Of a DNA stretch of 64,000 bases, positions 29,645 through 41,135 are shown piece after piece. Source of the stretch: Thermoanaerobaculia bacterium (GTDB lineage Bacteria > Acidobacteriota > Thermoanaerobaculia > UBA5066); assembly GCA_963719225.1 (NCBI GenBank), contig CAVRAY010000001.1, positions 704,001 to 768,000 on the forward strand. The letters are read 5' to 3'. Made by a program: the position numbers and the translations under genes. The notes under the pieces were generated by a model, which was given only the letters and a program-made list of their open reading frames with translations, made no database searches and had not been told where the DNA came from. The stretch's first letter is position 1. Each line of letters begins with the position of its first letter.

Positions 29645-32600
29645 TCACGCCTTCTCGAGCTTGACGAGGAAGGTCTTGTACTCCGGCGTCCAGGTGTTCG
29701 GGTCCATGGCCGAGGGCGTCAGGAAATTGGCGAGCGGGCCGGTATGGCCGGCTTCGCCCTCGTAGCCCCAGTGGAGCGGGAAGCCGATCTGCCACATGTC
29801 CTGCCCGTTGACCTTCAGAGGCCGGATCCGCTTGGTGACCATCGCGACCCCTTCGACGGAGCCCCTCGCCGACGTGACGCGGGCCTTGCCGCCGTTCGTG
29901 ATGCCTTTTTCCTTCGCGAGAGCCTCCGGGATCTCGATGAAGAAGCCCGGCTGCACCTGGTTCAGACGATCGATGTGCTTGGTCCAGTAGTGGTAATGCT
30001 CCGTGAGGCGGTACGTCGTGCAGACGATGGGGAACTGGTCACGCTTTCCGTAAACGTCCTTATCGGACTTGAACTTCTTCGTGGCGGGATTGGACGTCAC
30101 CTTGGGGTGCAGCGGGTTGTCGCACGGGGCCTCGACCGCCTCGTAATGCTCGGGGAACGGGCCATCGTTCAGCGGCGCGAAGATCTTGCCGACTCCTTCG
30201 GGCAGCATGATGAAGGCGCCGAACGTCCCCGGGGGCGCATCGGGCTTCATGTCGGGGACGTCCCCCACCCACTTCTCTCCGTTCCACTTGATCCCGGCCC
30301 GCGTCGGATCCCAGGGCTTGCCCTCCGCGTCAGCCGAGGCGCGGTTGTACATGACGCGCCGGTTCGCCGGCCAGGAGAAGCACCAGTTGTGGTACATGCC
30401 GAGGCCATTCGCATCGTCCGCGGGGTTGCGCCTCTGCGTCAGATTGCCCGCCTCGGTGTAGCAGCCCGACATGAGCCAGTTGCCGCACATCGTCGAGCCG
30501 TCATCCTGGAGCTGGCCGAACCCGTCGAGCTGCTGGCCGGCCGTCTTGATGAGCTTCGTCTTGTCCTTCGGGTCGTGGATGTCCTCGAGCGCCTTTCCGT
30601 TCAGCTCCTTCAGGACCTCGGACAGGTCGGGCGCCACCGGGTTCGTGTAGGACCAGTCGACGTTCAGGACCGCCTCCGCCGCGGGGCCGCCTTCCTTGCG
30701 GTAGAGGTCCCTCACGGCGAGGAAGATCCTCGCGAGGATCTCCTGGTCGGTCTTGATCTGCCCCGGAGGATCCAGGGCCTTCCATTTCCACTGGATCCAG
30801 CGTGCCGAGTTCGTGAAGCTGCCGTCCTTCTCGGCGAAGTTGGACGCGGGCAGCTGGAAGACCTCGGTCTGGATCTTCGACGGATCCGCGCCGCCGTATT
30901 CCTTGGGCGCCTTCCAGAAGGTCGCCGTCTCGACCTGGTGGTTCTCGACGACGACGAGCCACTTCAGCTTCGAGTGCGCGGCGATCATCTTCGGCGTGTT
31001 CGGACCGATGCCGACGGGGTTCATGCCGAACGTCATGAGGCCCTCGGGGCCGGGCTCCTGGCCGCCAGCGCGGCTCGAGTTGCCGCGGTACATGTCGTCG
31101 AAGATGAACATCCATGAGTAGTTGCCGTCGACCTTCGGAAGCCAGGCGTAGCCGAACTCGTTCTCCTTCTTCGCGTTCTTCCCGTAGCAGGCCTTCAGCA
31201 CCGAGACCATGAACTTCGAGTAGTTCTGCCAGTAGTTCATGGACGGGCCGAGCGCCTTCGGCGTGTTTGCCTCGACGTACTCCTTGAGCGACTGCCACTG
31301 CGCCTGCGGGGTCTTGACGTATCCCGGCAGGATGTCGAAGACGCCCGCGGTGTCCGTCGCGCCCTGGATGTTCGAGTGGCCGCGCAGGGCGTTTACGCCG
31401 CCCCCGGGCCGGCCGACGTTCCCGAGGAGGAGCTGGAGCATCGCGGCCGTCCGGATGATCTGGACGCCGATCGAGTGCTGCGTCCAGCCGAGCGCGTACA
31501 TGACCGTGCCGCAGCGCTCGGCGTTGCCCGTCGACGTCACGACCTCGGCGACCTTGAGGAACGTGTCCTTCGGCGTGCCGCAGATCTTCTCGACCATCTC
31601 GGGCGTGTAGCGGTCGACGTGCTTCTTCAGGAGCTGGAAGACGCAGTTCGGGTCCTCGAGGGTCGGGTCCTTCTTCGCCTCTCCCTTCGCGTCGAGCTGA
31701 TACGCCCACGTATCGCGCTTGTAGCTGCCGGTCGCCTCGTCGAACCCGGAGAAGAGGCCGTCGTCGAACTTGAAGTCGGCGTTGATCAGGAGGGGCGCGT
31801 TCGTGTGGATCCTGACGTAGTCCTCGTGGAACCGCTTCTTGTCGATCGCGTACCGGATGATGCCGAGCAGGTACGCGATGTCCGTGCCGGCCCGGATCGG
31901 GGAGTAGACGTCGGCCACGGCCGCGGTCCGCGTGAAGCGCGGATCCACGGCGACGATCTTCGCGTTACGGGTCTTCTTGGCCTCGATCGCCCACTTGAAG
32001 CCGCAGGGGTGGTTCTCGGCGGGATTCCCGCCCATGCACAGGACGACGTCGGCGTTCTTGATGTCGACCCATCCGTTCGTCATCGCTCCGCGCCCGAACG
32101 TGGCGGCCAGACTGGCCACCGTGGGCCCGTGTCATACCCGGGCCTGGGTGTCCCGGTACGGCACGCCCCACGCGGAGGCGCTCTTCCAATAGAGGTAGTT
32201 GAACTCGGTCGTGTCCGTGCATCCGCCGATCATCGCCATGCCGGGGTTACGGTTGACGACCTGCCCCTTCGCGTTCTTCTGGACGAAGTGCTTGTCGCGC
32301 GTGTCCTTGACGTGCCGCGCGATCTTCGAGAACGCGTCGTCCCACGTGATGTCCTCCCAGTGGTCCGATCCGGCCTTCCGGATCTGCGGCGTCTTGAGGC
32401 GCGTCGGGCTGTTGATGTCGTCCTTGACCGTCGCGCCCTTCGGACAGAGGGTGCCGCGGTTGATCGGATGGTCGGGATCGCCCTCCACGTGGACGACGGA
32501 GGCCGTGGCGTTCTTGGCCTTGTCGCCCAGCGTGTGGATGATCAGACCGCACGAAACCGCGCAATATGGACACGTGCTGCGCGTTTCCGTCGTGCGCGAG

Positions 32601-32707
32601 ATCTTGAACTCGCGCATCTCCGCCCGCGCCTCGTGGAGATCGAAGCCGAGAGCGAGACCGCCGCCCACGGTCCCGGCCTTAAGGAAAGTACGTCGGGTGA
32701 AACCCAT
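29645..32707 (-). CDS. fdnG: Formate dehydrogenase-N/O alpha subunit, selenoprotein (UGA at 32134-32132 read as Sec)
   Basis: Tat signal TRRTFLK; CPYCAVSC; QARV-UGA-HGPTVASLA joins ORFs 32132..32710 and 29645..32119 in frame. Confidence 0.95.
32102..32120 (-). promoter_or_regulatory. Bacterial SECIS hairpin
   Basis: Minus-strand GGTGGCC-AGTCT-GGCCGCC stem-loop beginning 11 nt after the UGA. Confidence 0.85.
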
Positions 32708-32882
32708 CACGTCCTCCTCGTGCGTCCTGGCTACAGGACCGATAGCAGATCGCGTTTCGACGGCTCTGTCAAGAAATTGGAGGGAGCGTGTCCGCGCTCA
32801 CGTTCCGCCGGCCATCCGGCGTATCACCGTCGAAGCTGAGGAGAAGCAGGGGTCGTCACGAGCGAGTCCGCTTATGCCCTTT

Positions 32883-32969
32883 CTACGCGCGATCTTTGAT
32901 TCCCTTCACGCCGGACAGTTCGCCGCAATTCGCGCAGCAGAAGAACTGTCCGTCCTCACAAAGCGCCAT
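32883..32969 (-). pseudogene. 28-aa internally deleted remnant of a Cys-rich metallothionein-like gene
   Basis: MALCE-DGQFFCCANCGELSGVKGIKDRA*; resembles the first and last residues of a ~75-80-aa family (from memory). Confidence 0.55.
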
Positions 32970-32972
32970 GAC

Positions 32973-33296
32973 TCACTTCCACCTTCCGTCCCGCCAATAC
33001 CATCCGTTCCTGTGATGTCTCCAGATTCCCGGGACCCACGCGGCATGGGGATGAGGCCGCCGCTGCCAGCTCCCCGCCTGCCACGCGTAGGCACTGCCGC
33101 GCCAGACGTGATGGCCGCTGATCCAGACGTAGTCCGGACCGGGGGCCACGCCGAGGGCGACGTCGACCTCGGCGGGGGGCGGCGCGGTAGACGCGTAAAC
33201 CGTTCCCGGCGGCGGACCTTCGACACAGCCCGAGAGAAGCACGGCTGAAAGGCCCGTCGCCGCGAGGAGACACGACCCTGAAAGCATCTTTTTCAT
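32973..33296 (-). CDS. YXWGXW-repeat lipoprotein
   Basis: Lipobox LSGC; YVWISGHHVW, YAWQAGSW, WVPGIW, WYWRDGRW. Confidence 0.85.
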   Translation of the reverse strand: MKKMLSGSCLLAATGLSAVLLSGCVEGPPPGTVYASTAPPPAEVDVALGVAPGPDYVWISGHHVWRGSAYAWQAGSWQRRPHPHAAWVPGIWRHHRNGWYWRDGRWK

Positions 33297-33317
33297 GATT
33301 CCCTCCCGTGTTGGAGG

Positions 33318-33333
33318 TGCATCGGCCGTGCCA
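33318..33333 (-). promoter_or_regulatory. Putative sigma54 promoter
   Basis: TGGCACGGCCGATGCA (GG-N10-GC) upstream of the GGGAGG RBS of the YXWGXW gene. Confidence 0.7.
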
Positions 33334-33341
33334 CCGTGCGG

Positions 33342-34109
33342 CTAGCGGGCGGCCCGTCGGGCCACGGCCACGAGCCGCGTTGCGCCGGTCCGGAAAGGGC
33401 GCCGATCGAAGTCTCCCCAGAGCTTTTCGATCTCGAGCCCGCAGGAGGCGAAGAAGCTCCGGATGTCCGCCGGGTCCCAGGCGCGCGCGGTGAAGGAGGC
33501 CTCGACGCCGCTCTCTTCACCCGAGAAGACACGGTCGCAATAGCGGTAGCGCGCGTGCCAGAGCTGGCGCGACCCGACGGGCCGCCACCTCTCGCTGATC
33601 GAGAGCACTCCTGTCGCATGGCGGACCCGGCGCGGCGGAGGCTCGCAGATCTCGCGACGTCGATAGAGGCCTTCCAGCACGAACCGCCCTTGCGCGGACA
33701 GCTGGCTCGCCACGGCGCGCAGGGCCCCGCGTCGGTCGGTGGTCGACGTCAGGTGACAGAAGGGATCGCTCGAGGCGACGATCAGGTCGAACCGCGCCGC
33801 GAATGCGGGGCGGCGCATGTCGGCGGCGACGAAGCGGGCCCGCGAGCGCGGCGGGAGATGTCGGACCGCGCTCCGGAGCATCTCCAGGGAGATGTCCGTC
33901 CCGAAAGTCGGAGCGTGGCGCGCGAGGGCGGACGTGATCCGGCCGAGGCCGGCGCCGAGGTCCAGGATCCGTCCTGGATCAAGATCCCGCGCGAGGCTTC
34001 GCCAGAAATCCAGCTGGCTTCTCGCGATCGATTCCTTCTCCTTTTCGTAGAAGGGGAGGATCGTCTCGTAGTACTTCCGGACCTCTGAAGCCGGCTCGTC
34101 GCGCGTCAC
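33342..34109 (-). CDS. Class I SAM-dependent methyltransferase
   Basis: ILDLGAGLGRI, DISLEML, ADMR, FDLIV; start uncertain. Confidence 0.8.
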   Translation of the reverse strand: MTRDEPASEVRKYYETILPFYEKEKESIARSQLDFWRSLARDLDPGRILDLGAGLGRITSALARHAPTFGTDISLEMLRSAVRHLPPRSRARFVAADMRRPAFAARFDLIVASSDPFCHLTSTTDRRGALRAVASQLSAQGRFVLEGLYRRREICEPPPRRVRHATGVLSISERWRPVGSRQLWHARYRYCDRVFSGEESGVEASFTARAWDPADIRSFFASCGLEIEKLWGDFDRRPFRTGATRLVAVARRAAR

Positions 34110-34131
34110 GTCGCCTGTATATTCCACTCCC

Positions 34132-35202
34132 ATGCCACGGTTGCTCTTCGTGACCGGCACGGCGCCCGACGTGCCCGAAGGCAGCGGCACCCACGTCGGC
34201 ATCTCGGTCCTGCGCGAAGCGCTCGAGGCGAGAGGGCACACGGTCGAGGTGCTCGCCCCCGCCCCGCACGGGCCGGTTTCTCTTCTCCGCCGGCTTCGCT
34301 TCAACGTGCGGGCTCGCAGAGCGGCCCTCCGGCTTCATCCCCGGCCGGACCTCATCGTCGGATTCGACCTGGACGGCTTCCTCCTCGCGGCCCGCGACGT
34401 CCGCCGGGTTGCCGCCATCAAGGGAGTCCTGGCCGACGAGTCCGGGTACGAGCGGGGGCTGCCGCACGTCAGACTGACGGTCGAGTCGTTCCTCGAACGG
34501 CGCCACGTCCGGCGGGTCGACCGGATCGTGACGTCCAGCGCGTACTCCGCCGCGCGCATCGCCGAGGAATACGGCGTCGATGTGAATCGGATCACCGTCG
34601 TCCCGGAGGCGATCGACCTGGCGCGCTGGCGGCGTGCCTTCGAGGCGGCGCCGAAGCTGCCGCGCGGCGGGCCTTCGATCCTCTGCGTGGCGCACCTCTA
34701 CCCGAGAAAGAACGTGGAGACCTTGCTCGCCGCGATGACGCGGCTCTCGAACGACGCGGTCCTCCGCGTCGTCGGAACAGGTCCTGGTTTCGCGCGCCTC
34801 GAGCGTCTCTCCCGGAAGCTCGGCCTCGGAGAACGCGTCGAGCTTCTCGGCCACGTGGACTTCACCCGTCTCGCGGGGGAGTACCGGCGGGCGGACGTTT
34901 TCTGCCTTCCTTCGCGGCAGGAGGGCTTCGGGATCGTGTTCCTCGAGGCGATGGCCGCGGGGCTTCCGGTCGTCGCGGGGCGAGCCGCCGCGGTGCCCGA
35001 AGTGGTCATCGACGGGGAGAGCGGGATTCTCGTCGACCCCCGCAGCCCGGATGACCTCGCGGCGGCGCTCGATCGGCTGCTCTCCGATCCCGTAGAGAGG
35101 CGCCGGCTGGGCGAAGCCGGCCGCAAGCGGGTGACGCGTTTCGACGTCTCGCTCGTCGCGCAGTCCTTCCTCGAGGCCGTCGGACTCCCGGCCGCCTCGT
35201 AA
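34132..35202 (+). CDS. Glycosyltransferase family 4
   Basis: HLYPRKNV, DVFCLPSRQEGFGIVFLEAMAAGLPVV. Confidence 0.92.
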   Translation: MPRLLFVTGTAPDVPEGSGTHVGISVLREALEARGHTVEVLAPAPHGPVSLLRRLRFNVRARRAALRLHPRPDLIVGFDLDGFLLAARDVRRVAAIKGVLADESGYERGLPHVRLTVESFLERRHVRRVDRIVTSSAYSAARIAEEYGVDVNRITVVPEAIDLARWRRAFEAAPKLPRGGPSILCVAHLYPRKNVETLLAAMTRLSNDAVLRVVGTGPGFARLERLSRKLGLGERVELLGHVDFTRLAGEYRRADVFCLPSRQEGFGIVFLEAMAAGLPVVAGRAAAVPEVVIDGESGILVDPRSPDDLAAALDRLLSDPVERRRLGEAGRKRVTRFDVSLVAQSFLEAVGLPAAS

Positions 35203-35209
35203 CGTCCTC

Positions 35210-35225
35210 TGGCATTCGAAATGCT
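35210..35225 (+). promoter_or_regulatory. Putative sigma54 promoter
   Basis: TGGCATTCGAAATGCT (GG-N10-GC) about 40 nt before ATG 35266. Confidence 0.65.
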
Positions 35226-35265
35226 CTCTGGAGGGATGGGGAAGGACCTACAACGGAGGAGCACC

Positions 35266-35757
35266 ATGAAGAGCCGCGCGGCCATCGGAAACCACCCCAT
35301 CCATCCCGCTCTCGTTCCGCTGCCGATCGGAGCGTTCTTTCTTCTGCTCGTCGGTGACGTCGCTCACGCTTCGACCGGGTCCGATTTCTGGTACCAGTTC
35401 GGTTTCGCGTGTCTGAGCGTGGGGATCCTGGCCGCCCTCGTGGCGGCCCTCTTCGGGTTCATCGACTATTTCAAGGTGAACATGAGCATGTCGGGATTCC
35501 GGATCGCAAGGATCCACATGATCCTGAACCTCACCGGCGTGGCGTTGTACGCCTTGAACTGGTACCTGAGACGCAACAACGGGGCTCTCCACACGGATCG
35601 CTGGACTCTCGTCTTCGGGCTCGAGGTGGTCACGTTCCTCGCCCTCGGCCTCTCCGGGTGGCTCGGAGGCAAGCTCGCTTTCGAGCACAAGGTCGGGGTC
35701 GTCGAGAAGGCGGATCCGGAGGCGACCGAAATCGGACGGCGCGAAGTGCCCGGCTGA
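35266..35757 (+). CDS. DUF2231-type membrane protein
   Basis: GGAGGA RBS; HPIHPALVPLPIG, GFIDY, HMILN, SGWLGGKLAF. Confidence 0.8.
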   Translation: MKSRAAIGNHPIHPALVPLPIGAFFLLLVGDVAHASTGSDFWYQFGFACLSVGILAALVAALFGFIDYFKVNMSMSGFRIARIHMILNLTGVALYALNWYLRRNNGALHTDRWTLVFGLEVVTFLALGLSGWLGGKLAFEHKVGVVEKADPEATEIGRREVPG

Positions 35758-35767
35758 AGGGGAACCC

Positions 35768-36630
<863 letters not shown>

Positions 36631-36634
<4 letters not shown>

Positions 36635-37698
36635 GCCGGAACCTGCTGCGTGATGCAGTGGAACGCTCCACCCCCTTCGAGGAGGTCGCGGGCCGGGATG
36701 GAGAGGGTCCGGCGCGACGGGAAGAGCTTCCCGACGCCGGCGCGGGCGGCCTCGTCGTTCGGGACGCCGTACGCGGGCACGACGATCGTCGTGTTAGCTA
36801 TATAAAAGTTTACATAGCTTGCCGGCATCGGATGTCCCGCGCCGTCCTCCACGATGCCGGGAGAGGGAACGGTCTCGACCCGGAGGCGCCGGCCGCGCGC
36901 GTCCTTGAAAGAGCGGAGCTTCGCCTCGACCGCGCGAAGCGCCTTCGCGTTCGGGTCGAAACGGCCGGCGGGGCGCATGCAAACGACGGCTCCCGGCGCC
37001 ACGAAGCGCGCGAGCGTGTCCACGTGGCCGTCCGTGTGGTCGTTGCAGAGGCCGTCGCCCAGCCAGAGGACCGTCTCGACCCCGAGCGCATCCCTGAGAC
37101 CCGCCTCGATCGACTCTTCCGTCATCGTGGGATTGCGGTTCGGATGCAGGAGGCACTGCCGCGTCGTCAGGCACGTCCCCTCGCCGTCCACGTCCACGGA
37201 GCCGCCTTCCAGGACCCAGGGGAAGCAAAAGGCGGGGAACTCCGCAGCCTTCGCAATGCGCGACGACACGCCGTCGTCGTGCGGCAGCACGTACTTGCCG
37301 CCCCAGCCGTTGAACCCGAACGAGACGCTCGCCCGCGTGCCGCCCTCGCCCGCGAGGAAGACCGGGGCCGTGTCGCGCAGCCAGATGTCGCCGAAAGGAA
37401 TGCGGTGAAAGCGCGCCCCGAGTCCCGCGAGAGCGGTCTTCGCGAGGGCCTCGTTCGCGTCGTCGGGGACGAGGACCTCGAGCCTCTCGCCGCGCGGATT
37501 GCCGGTCCGGGAATCGACGTCCGCGATCGCCGCGGCGAACTCGGAGAAGGCCGCGCGCACCTTGCCCAGAGCGTCACCCCAGAGGTCGCCATGGCTCGGC
37601 CACGCGAGCCAGACGGCTTCGTGCCGGTCCCATTCAGCGGGCTGCCGGAACCCCGCGGCGCGCGGAGTCGCCGCGGCGAGAGCCGTGTTCGTCGACAT
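36631..37698 (-). CDS. aguA: Agmatine deiminase
   Basis: PAEW, DIWLRDTAP, LEGGS, DHTDGHVD, ASYVNFY, GGGAFHCITQQ. Confidence 0.93.
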
Positions 37699-37701
37699 CG
37701 G

Positions 37702-38226
37702 CTACAGGTACCGCTCCTTCACGAGGCCCATGTGGTGCGCGAGGTGGCCCGCCGCGATCCACGCGAGTGCGCGCACCGTGAACGGGTATCCGCTCGCGAC
37801 GCCCTTTCGCGACCAGGCCGCGTCGGGCAGATTGCCAAAGAAAGTCGTCGTCGCCGTCCGGATCGACACGAACTCCTCGACGTGCTGCGCCCAGGGAACG
37901 TCGTCGGCCGCGGCCGCCGCCACCGCGATCTCCTGCTCGAAGCTCGGGAGCGGCGAATCGAAGCCGCGCGCGAACCAGAACGCCCGGAAGACGAAGAGCC
38001 GCTCGGCGTCGTTGACGTGGCCCAGGACCTCGCGGACGCTCCACTTGCCCGCCGCATAACGGTGGCGCGACTTCTCTTCCGTGATTCCCTCGAGGAACTC
38101 CCGCATCTCGTCTTTCTGCCTCTCGAGAGTCGTGCGGATGTCGCCCGGCGGGACCTTGTCGATGTACGTGGAGTAGTAGGCCACGGCCTCGTCCGCCGAG
38201 GGCTTCGTCGTTTGCGTGAGCGGCAT
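37702..38226 (-). CDS. DinB family protein
   Basis: YAAGKWSVREVLGHVNDAER, AGHLAHH; GGAGAGG RBS. Confidence 0.85.
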   Translation of the reverse strand: MPLTQTTKPSADEAVAYYSTYIDKVPPGDIRTTLERQKDEMREFLEGITEEKSRHRYAAGKWSVREVLGHVNDAERLFVFRAFWFARGFDSPLPSFEQEIAVAAAAADDVPWAQHVEEFVSIRTATTTFFGNLPDAAWSRKGVASGYPFTVRALAWIAAGHLAHHMGLVKERYL

Positions 38227-38266
38227 GTGCGACCTCTCCATCCGGCCGGGACGATAATCCGCCACC

Positions 38267-39955
38267 ATGTTCAAAGCATCAAGAGTTCTCCTTCCCGTTT
38301 TTCTCGCGGTCGCCGCGTTCGCGGTCGCGGCCCAGGACGCACCCGTCACCTCCGCCCAGAAGAGCGCGGGAAGCGCGATCACGCCCGAGCTGATCCGCGC
38401 GCACATCCGGTTCCTCGCATCGGACCTCCTCGAGGGGCGCGGCCCCGCGACGCGCGGCGACCAGCTGGCCGAGGCCTACCTCCAGGCTCAGATGGAAGGT
38501 CTCGGCCTCAAGCCCGGCGCGCCGGGCGGGGGCTGGATCCAGAAAGTCCCGCTCGTCGGCATCAAGCGCACTTCGTCGGAGCCCGCGGTTTTCAAGTCCG
38601 CCCGCGGGACGTTGAGCGGCAGGCTCGGCGAGGACTTCGTCGCGGTCTCCGGCGTCCAGAAGCCGGAGTCGAGGATCGACGGCGCGGAGGTCGTCTTCGT
38701 GGGCTACGGCATCGTCGCGCCCGAGTACCGCTGGGACGACTACAAGGACGCGGACCTGAAAGGCAAGGTCCTCCTCGTCATGAACAACGACCCCGAGGGG
38801 AGCCCGAAGGAGCCGGACCTCTTCGCGGGCAAGACGCGGCTCTGGTACGGGCGCTGGGACTACAAGTACCTCATGGCGGCACGGAAGGGCGCCGCCGGCG
38901 CGATCGTCATTCACACCACGCCGTCGGCGGGCTACGGCTGGCAGGTCGTCCAGACGTCGTGGGCGGGCGAGCAGTTCGAGCTTCCGGACGACGGCACGCC
39001 ACGCGTCGCCGCGAAGATGTGGGCGACCGAGGAGCTCGCGAAGAAGATCGTCGCACTCTCCGGGAAGGACCTCGACGCTCTTCGCGCCTCCGCGGAAAGC
39101 CGTACTTTCAAGCCCGTTCCCCTTGGCGTCACCATGTCCGTCACGCTCACGAGCGCGATCGGCCGCAAGGAGTCCGGCAACGTCATCGGCGTCCTTCCGG
39201 GGTCCGATCCGAAGCGCGCCGGCGAGGCCGTGATCTACACCGCGCACCACGACCATCTCGGGATTCGCGAGGGCGCACGCGCGGGCTCCGACGCGATCTA
39301 CAACGGGGCTCTCGACAACGCGTCGGGAGTGGCAGCGATCCTCTCCGTCGCGAAAGCGTTCGCGGGCCTCCCGGCGGCGCCCGCTCGTTCCACGTATTTC
39401 GCGTTCGTCGCGGGCGAGGAGCAGGGCCTTCTCGGCTCGGAGTTCCTCGCGAAACATCCGCCCGTTCCCGCCGGCCGGATCGCGGCCGACATCAACTTCG
39501 ACGGCATCGGCTGGTACGGGCGGACGCGTGACGTCGTCCTGATCGGCCTCGGCAAGTCCTCGCTCGACGCGGACGTGAAGTCGGTCGCGAAGATGCAGGA
39601 CCGGCGCGTGGAGGGCGATCAGTTCCCGGATCGCGGCACGTTCTACCGATCCGACCAGTTCAGCTTCGCGAAGGTCGGTGTTCCCGCCGCATATCTGAAG
39701 AAGGGAACGGACGTGATCGGAAAGCCGCCCGGCTTCGGGCGGGAGCAGGAAGAGCTCTACGAGAAGAACGACTACCACCAGCCGTCGGACGAGCTCCGGG
39801 ACACGTGGGATTTCTCCGGCGCGGTCGAGGACGCGAGGTTCGCCTTCTGGCTCGGATGCCGCGTGGCCGACGCGCCGGAGCTGCCGCGCTGGAACAAGGG
39901 AGACGAGTTCGAGGCCGCGAGGCTGAAGGCTCTGGCGGAAGCCGGCGGGCGCTAG
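38267..39955 (+). CDS. Secreted M28 family peptidase with PA domain
   Basis: Signal peptide; AHHDHLG, NGALDNASG, GEEQGLLGS, RSDQFSF, YHQPSD. Confidence 0.92.
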   Translation: MFKASRVLLPVFLAVAAFAVAAQDAPVTSAQKSAGSAITPELIRAHIRFLASDLLEGRGPATRGDQLAEAYLQAQMEGLGLKPGAPGGGWIQKVPLVGIKRTSSEPAVFKSARGTLSGRLGEDFVAVSGVQKPESRIDGAEVVFVGYGIVAPEYRWDDYKDADLKGKVLLVMNNDPEGSPKEPDLFAGKTRLWYGRWDYKYLMAARKGAAGAIVIHTTPSAGYGWQVVQTSWAGEQFELPDDGTPRVAAKMWATEELAKKIVALSGKDLDALRASAESRTFKPVPLGVTMSVTLTSAIGRKESGNVIGVLPGSDPKRAGEAVIYTAHHDHLGIREGARAGSDAIYNGALDNASGVAAILSVAKAFAGLPAAPARSTYFAFVAGEEQGLLGSEFLAKHPPVPAGRIAADINFDGIGWYGRTRDVVLIGLGKSSLDADVKSVAKMQDRRVEGDQFPDRGTFYRSDQFSFAKVGVPAAYLKKGTDVIGKPPGFGREQEELYEKNDYHQPSDELRDTWDFSGAVEDARFAFWLGCRVADAPELPRWNKGDEFEAARLKALAEAGGR

Positions 39956-40032
39956 AGATGCCGGGATTACAATCCGCGCCGCCCGAGAGCGAACGAGAGG
40001 GAATCCGCACTTTTGACGAAAGGAAGCGAACG

Positions 40033-40515
40033 ATGAATACGCGCGAGTACTACAACGAGTGTTTCAAGGCCGAAGTCCCCAAGTTCCTCCGCGTCGTGAG
40101 AGCGGTGCCTCAGGACCAGGCCGCCTACCGGCCGCATCCCCGGTCGATGTCGGCGGGCGACCTCGTGTGGCTGCTCGCGAGCGAGCTCCGCGACGCGTGC
40201 GAGCTCGTCGACAAGGGCAGGGTGGAATTCGTCCAGAAACCCGCTCCCGCGCTGGCCGAGTCTCTCGCCGCGTACGAAAAGAACGCGGCGGCCCTCAAGC
40301 GGCGCCTCGCGAAGGTGAAGGACGCCGCGTGGAAGAAGAAGGCCGCATTTCTCGTGGACGGCAAGGTCGCGTGGGAAACGTCGCTCGGCGACATGCTGTG
40401 GGGCTTCCTCTTCGACGGCATCCACCACCGCGGCCAGCTCTCGACCTATCTCCGGCCCATGGGCGCGAAGGTGCCTTCGATCTACGGCCCTTCGGCGGAC
40501 GACCCGGGGATGTGA
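40033..40515 (+). CDS. DinB family protein
   Basis: YRPHPRSMS, IHHRGQLSTYLRPMGAKVPSIYGPSAD. Confidence 0.85.
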   Translation: MNTREYYNECFKAEVPKFLRVVRAVPQDQAAYRPHPRSMSAGDLVWLLASELRDACELVDKGRVEFVQKPAPALAESLAAYEKNAAALKRRLAKVKDAAWKKKAAFLVDGKVAWETSLGDMLWGFLFDGIHHRGQLSTYLRPMGAKVPSIYGPSADDPGM

Positions 40516-40567
40516 CCTGCGACACGGTGGCTGGTAATTCCGCGAAAGCCTTTGATAAGGTCGCGCC

Positions 40568-41092
40568 ATGAAGAGATTGAGTCTCGCGCTTCCGCTCCTT
40601 CTCCTGGCCGGTCTCGCAGCGGCGGCGGAGCTGCCTGCCGTCGGCGAGAAGGCACCCGCGCTCTCCCTCCCGAACCAGGAGGGCAAGGCGATGTCGCTCG
40701 CCGATGCGAAAGGGAAGTGGGTCGTCCTCTACTTCTACCCGAAGGACTTCACGTCCGGCTGCACCGTCGAAGCCCACAACTTTCAGCGCGACATCGCGAA
40801 GTACGAGAAGGCGAACGCCGTCATCCTGGGCGTGAGCCTCGACACCGTCGATTCGCACAAGGGCTTCTGCGCGAAGGAAGGACTGAGCTTCAAGCTGCTC
40901 GCCGACACCGAGGGAGCGGCCACGAAAGCCTACGGCTCCCTCGCGACCCACAACGAGAAGACGTACTCCGCGCGAAACACGTTCCTCATCGACCCTTCGG
41001 GCGTGATCCGGAAGGTCTACGTGAAGGTGAACCCGACGACGCACAGCGAGGACGTCCTGAAGGACCTCGCCGAGCTCCAGGCGGCGAAGTAG
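40568..41092 (+). CDS. Peroxiredoxin BCP/PrxQ with signal peptide
   Basis: VLYFYPKDFTSGCTVEA, RNTFLIDP. Confidence 0.9.
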   Translation: MKRLSLALPLLLLAGLAAAAELPAVGEKAPALSLPNQEGKAMSLADAKGKWVVLYFYPKDFTSGCTVEAHNFQRDIAKYEKANAVILGVSLDTVDSHKGFCAKEGLSFKLLADTEGAATKAYGSLATHNEKTYSARNTFLIDPSGVIRKVYVKVNPTTHSEDVLKDLAELQAAK

Positions 41093-41135
41093 CCGGCCCG
41101 TCGTAAGGTGGAGCCCTGGCGGCGCACTTCGGAAG

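Noticed and set aside
29645-32710. fdnG as a nonsense-mutated pseudogene or two genes
   Set aside because: The TGA is at the canonical Sec position and is followed by a SECIS hairpin
32715-32790. sigma70 promoter for the fdn operon (TTGACA on the minus strand)
   Set aside because: No convincing -10 hexamer at 16-18 nt spacing
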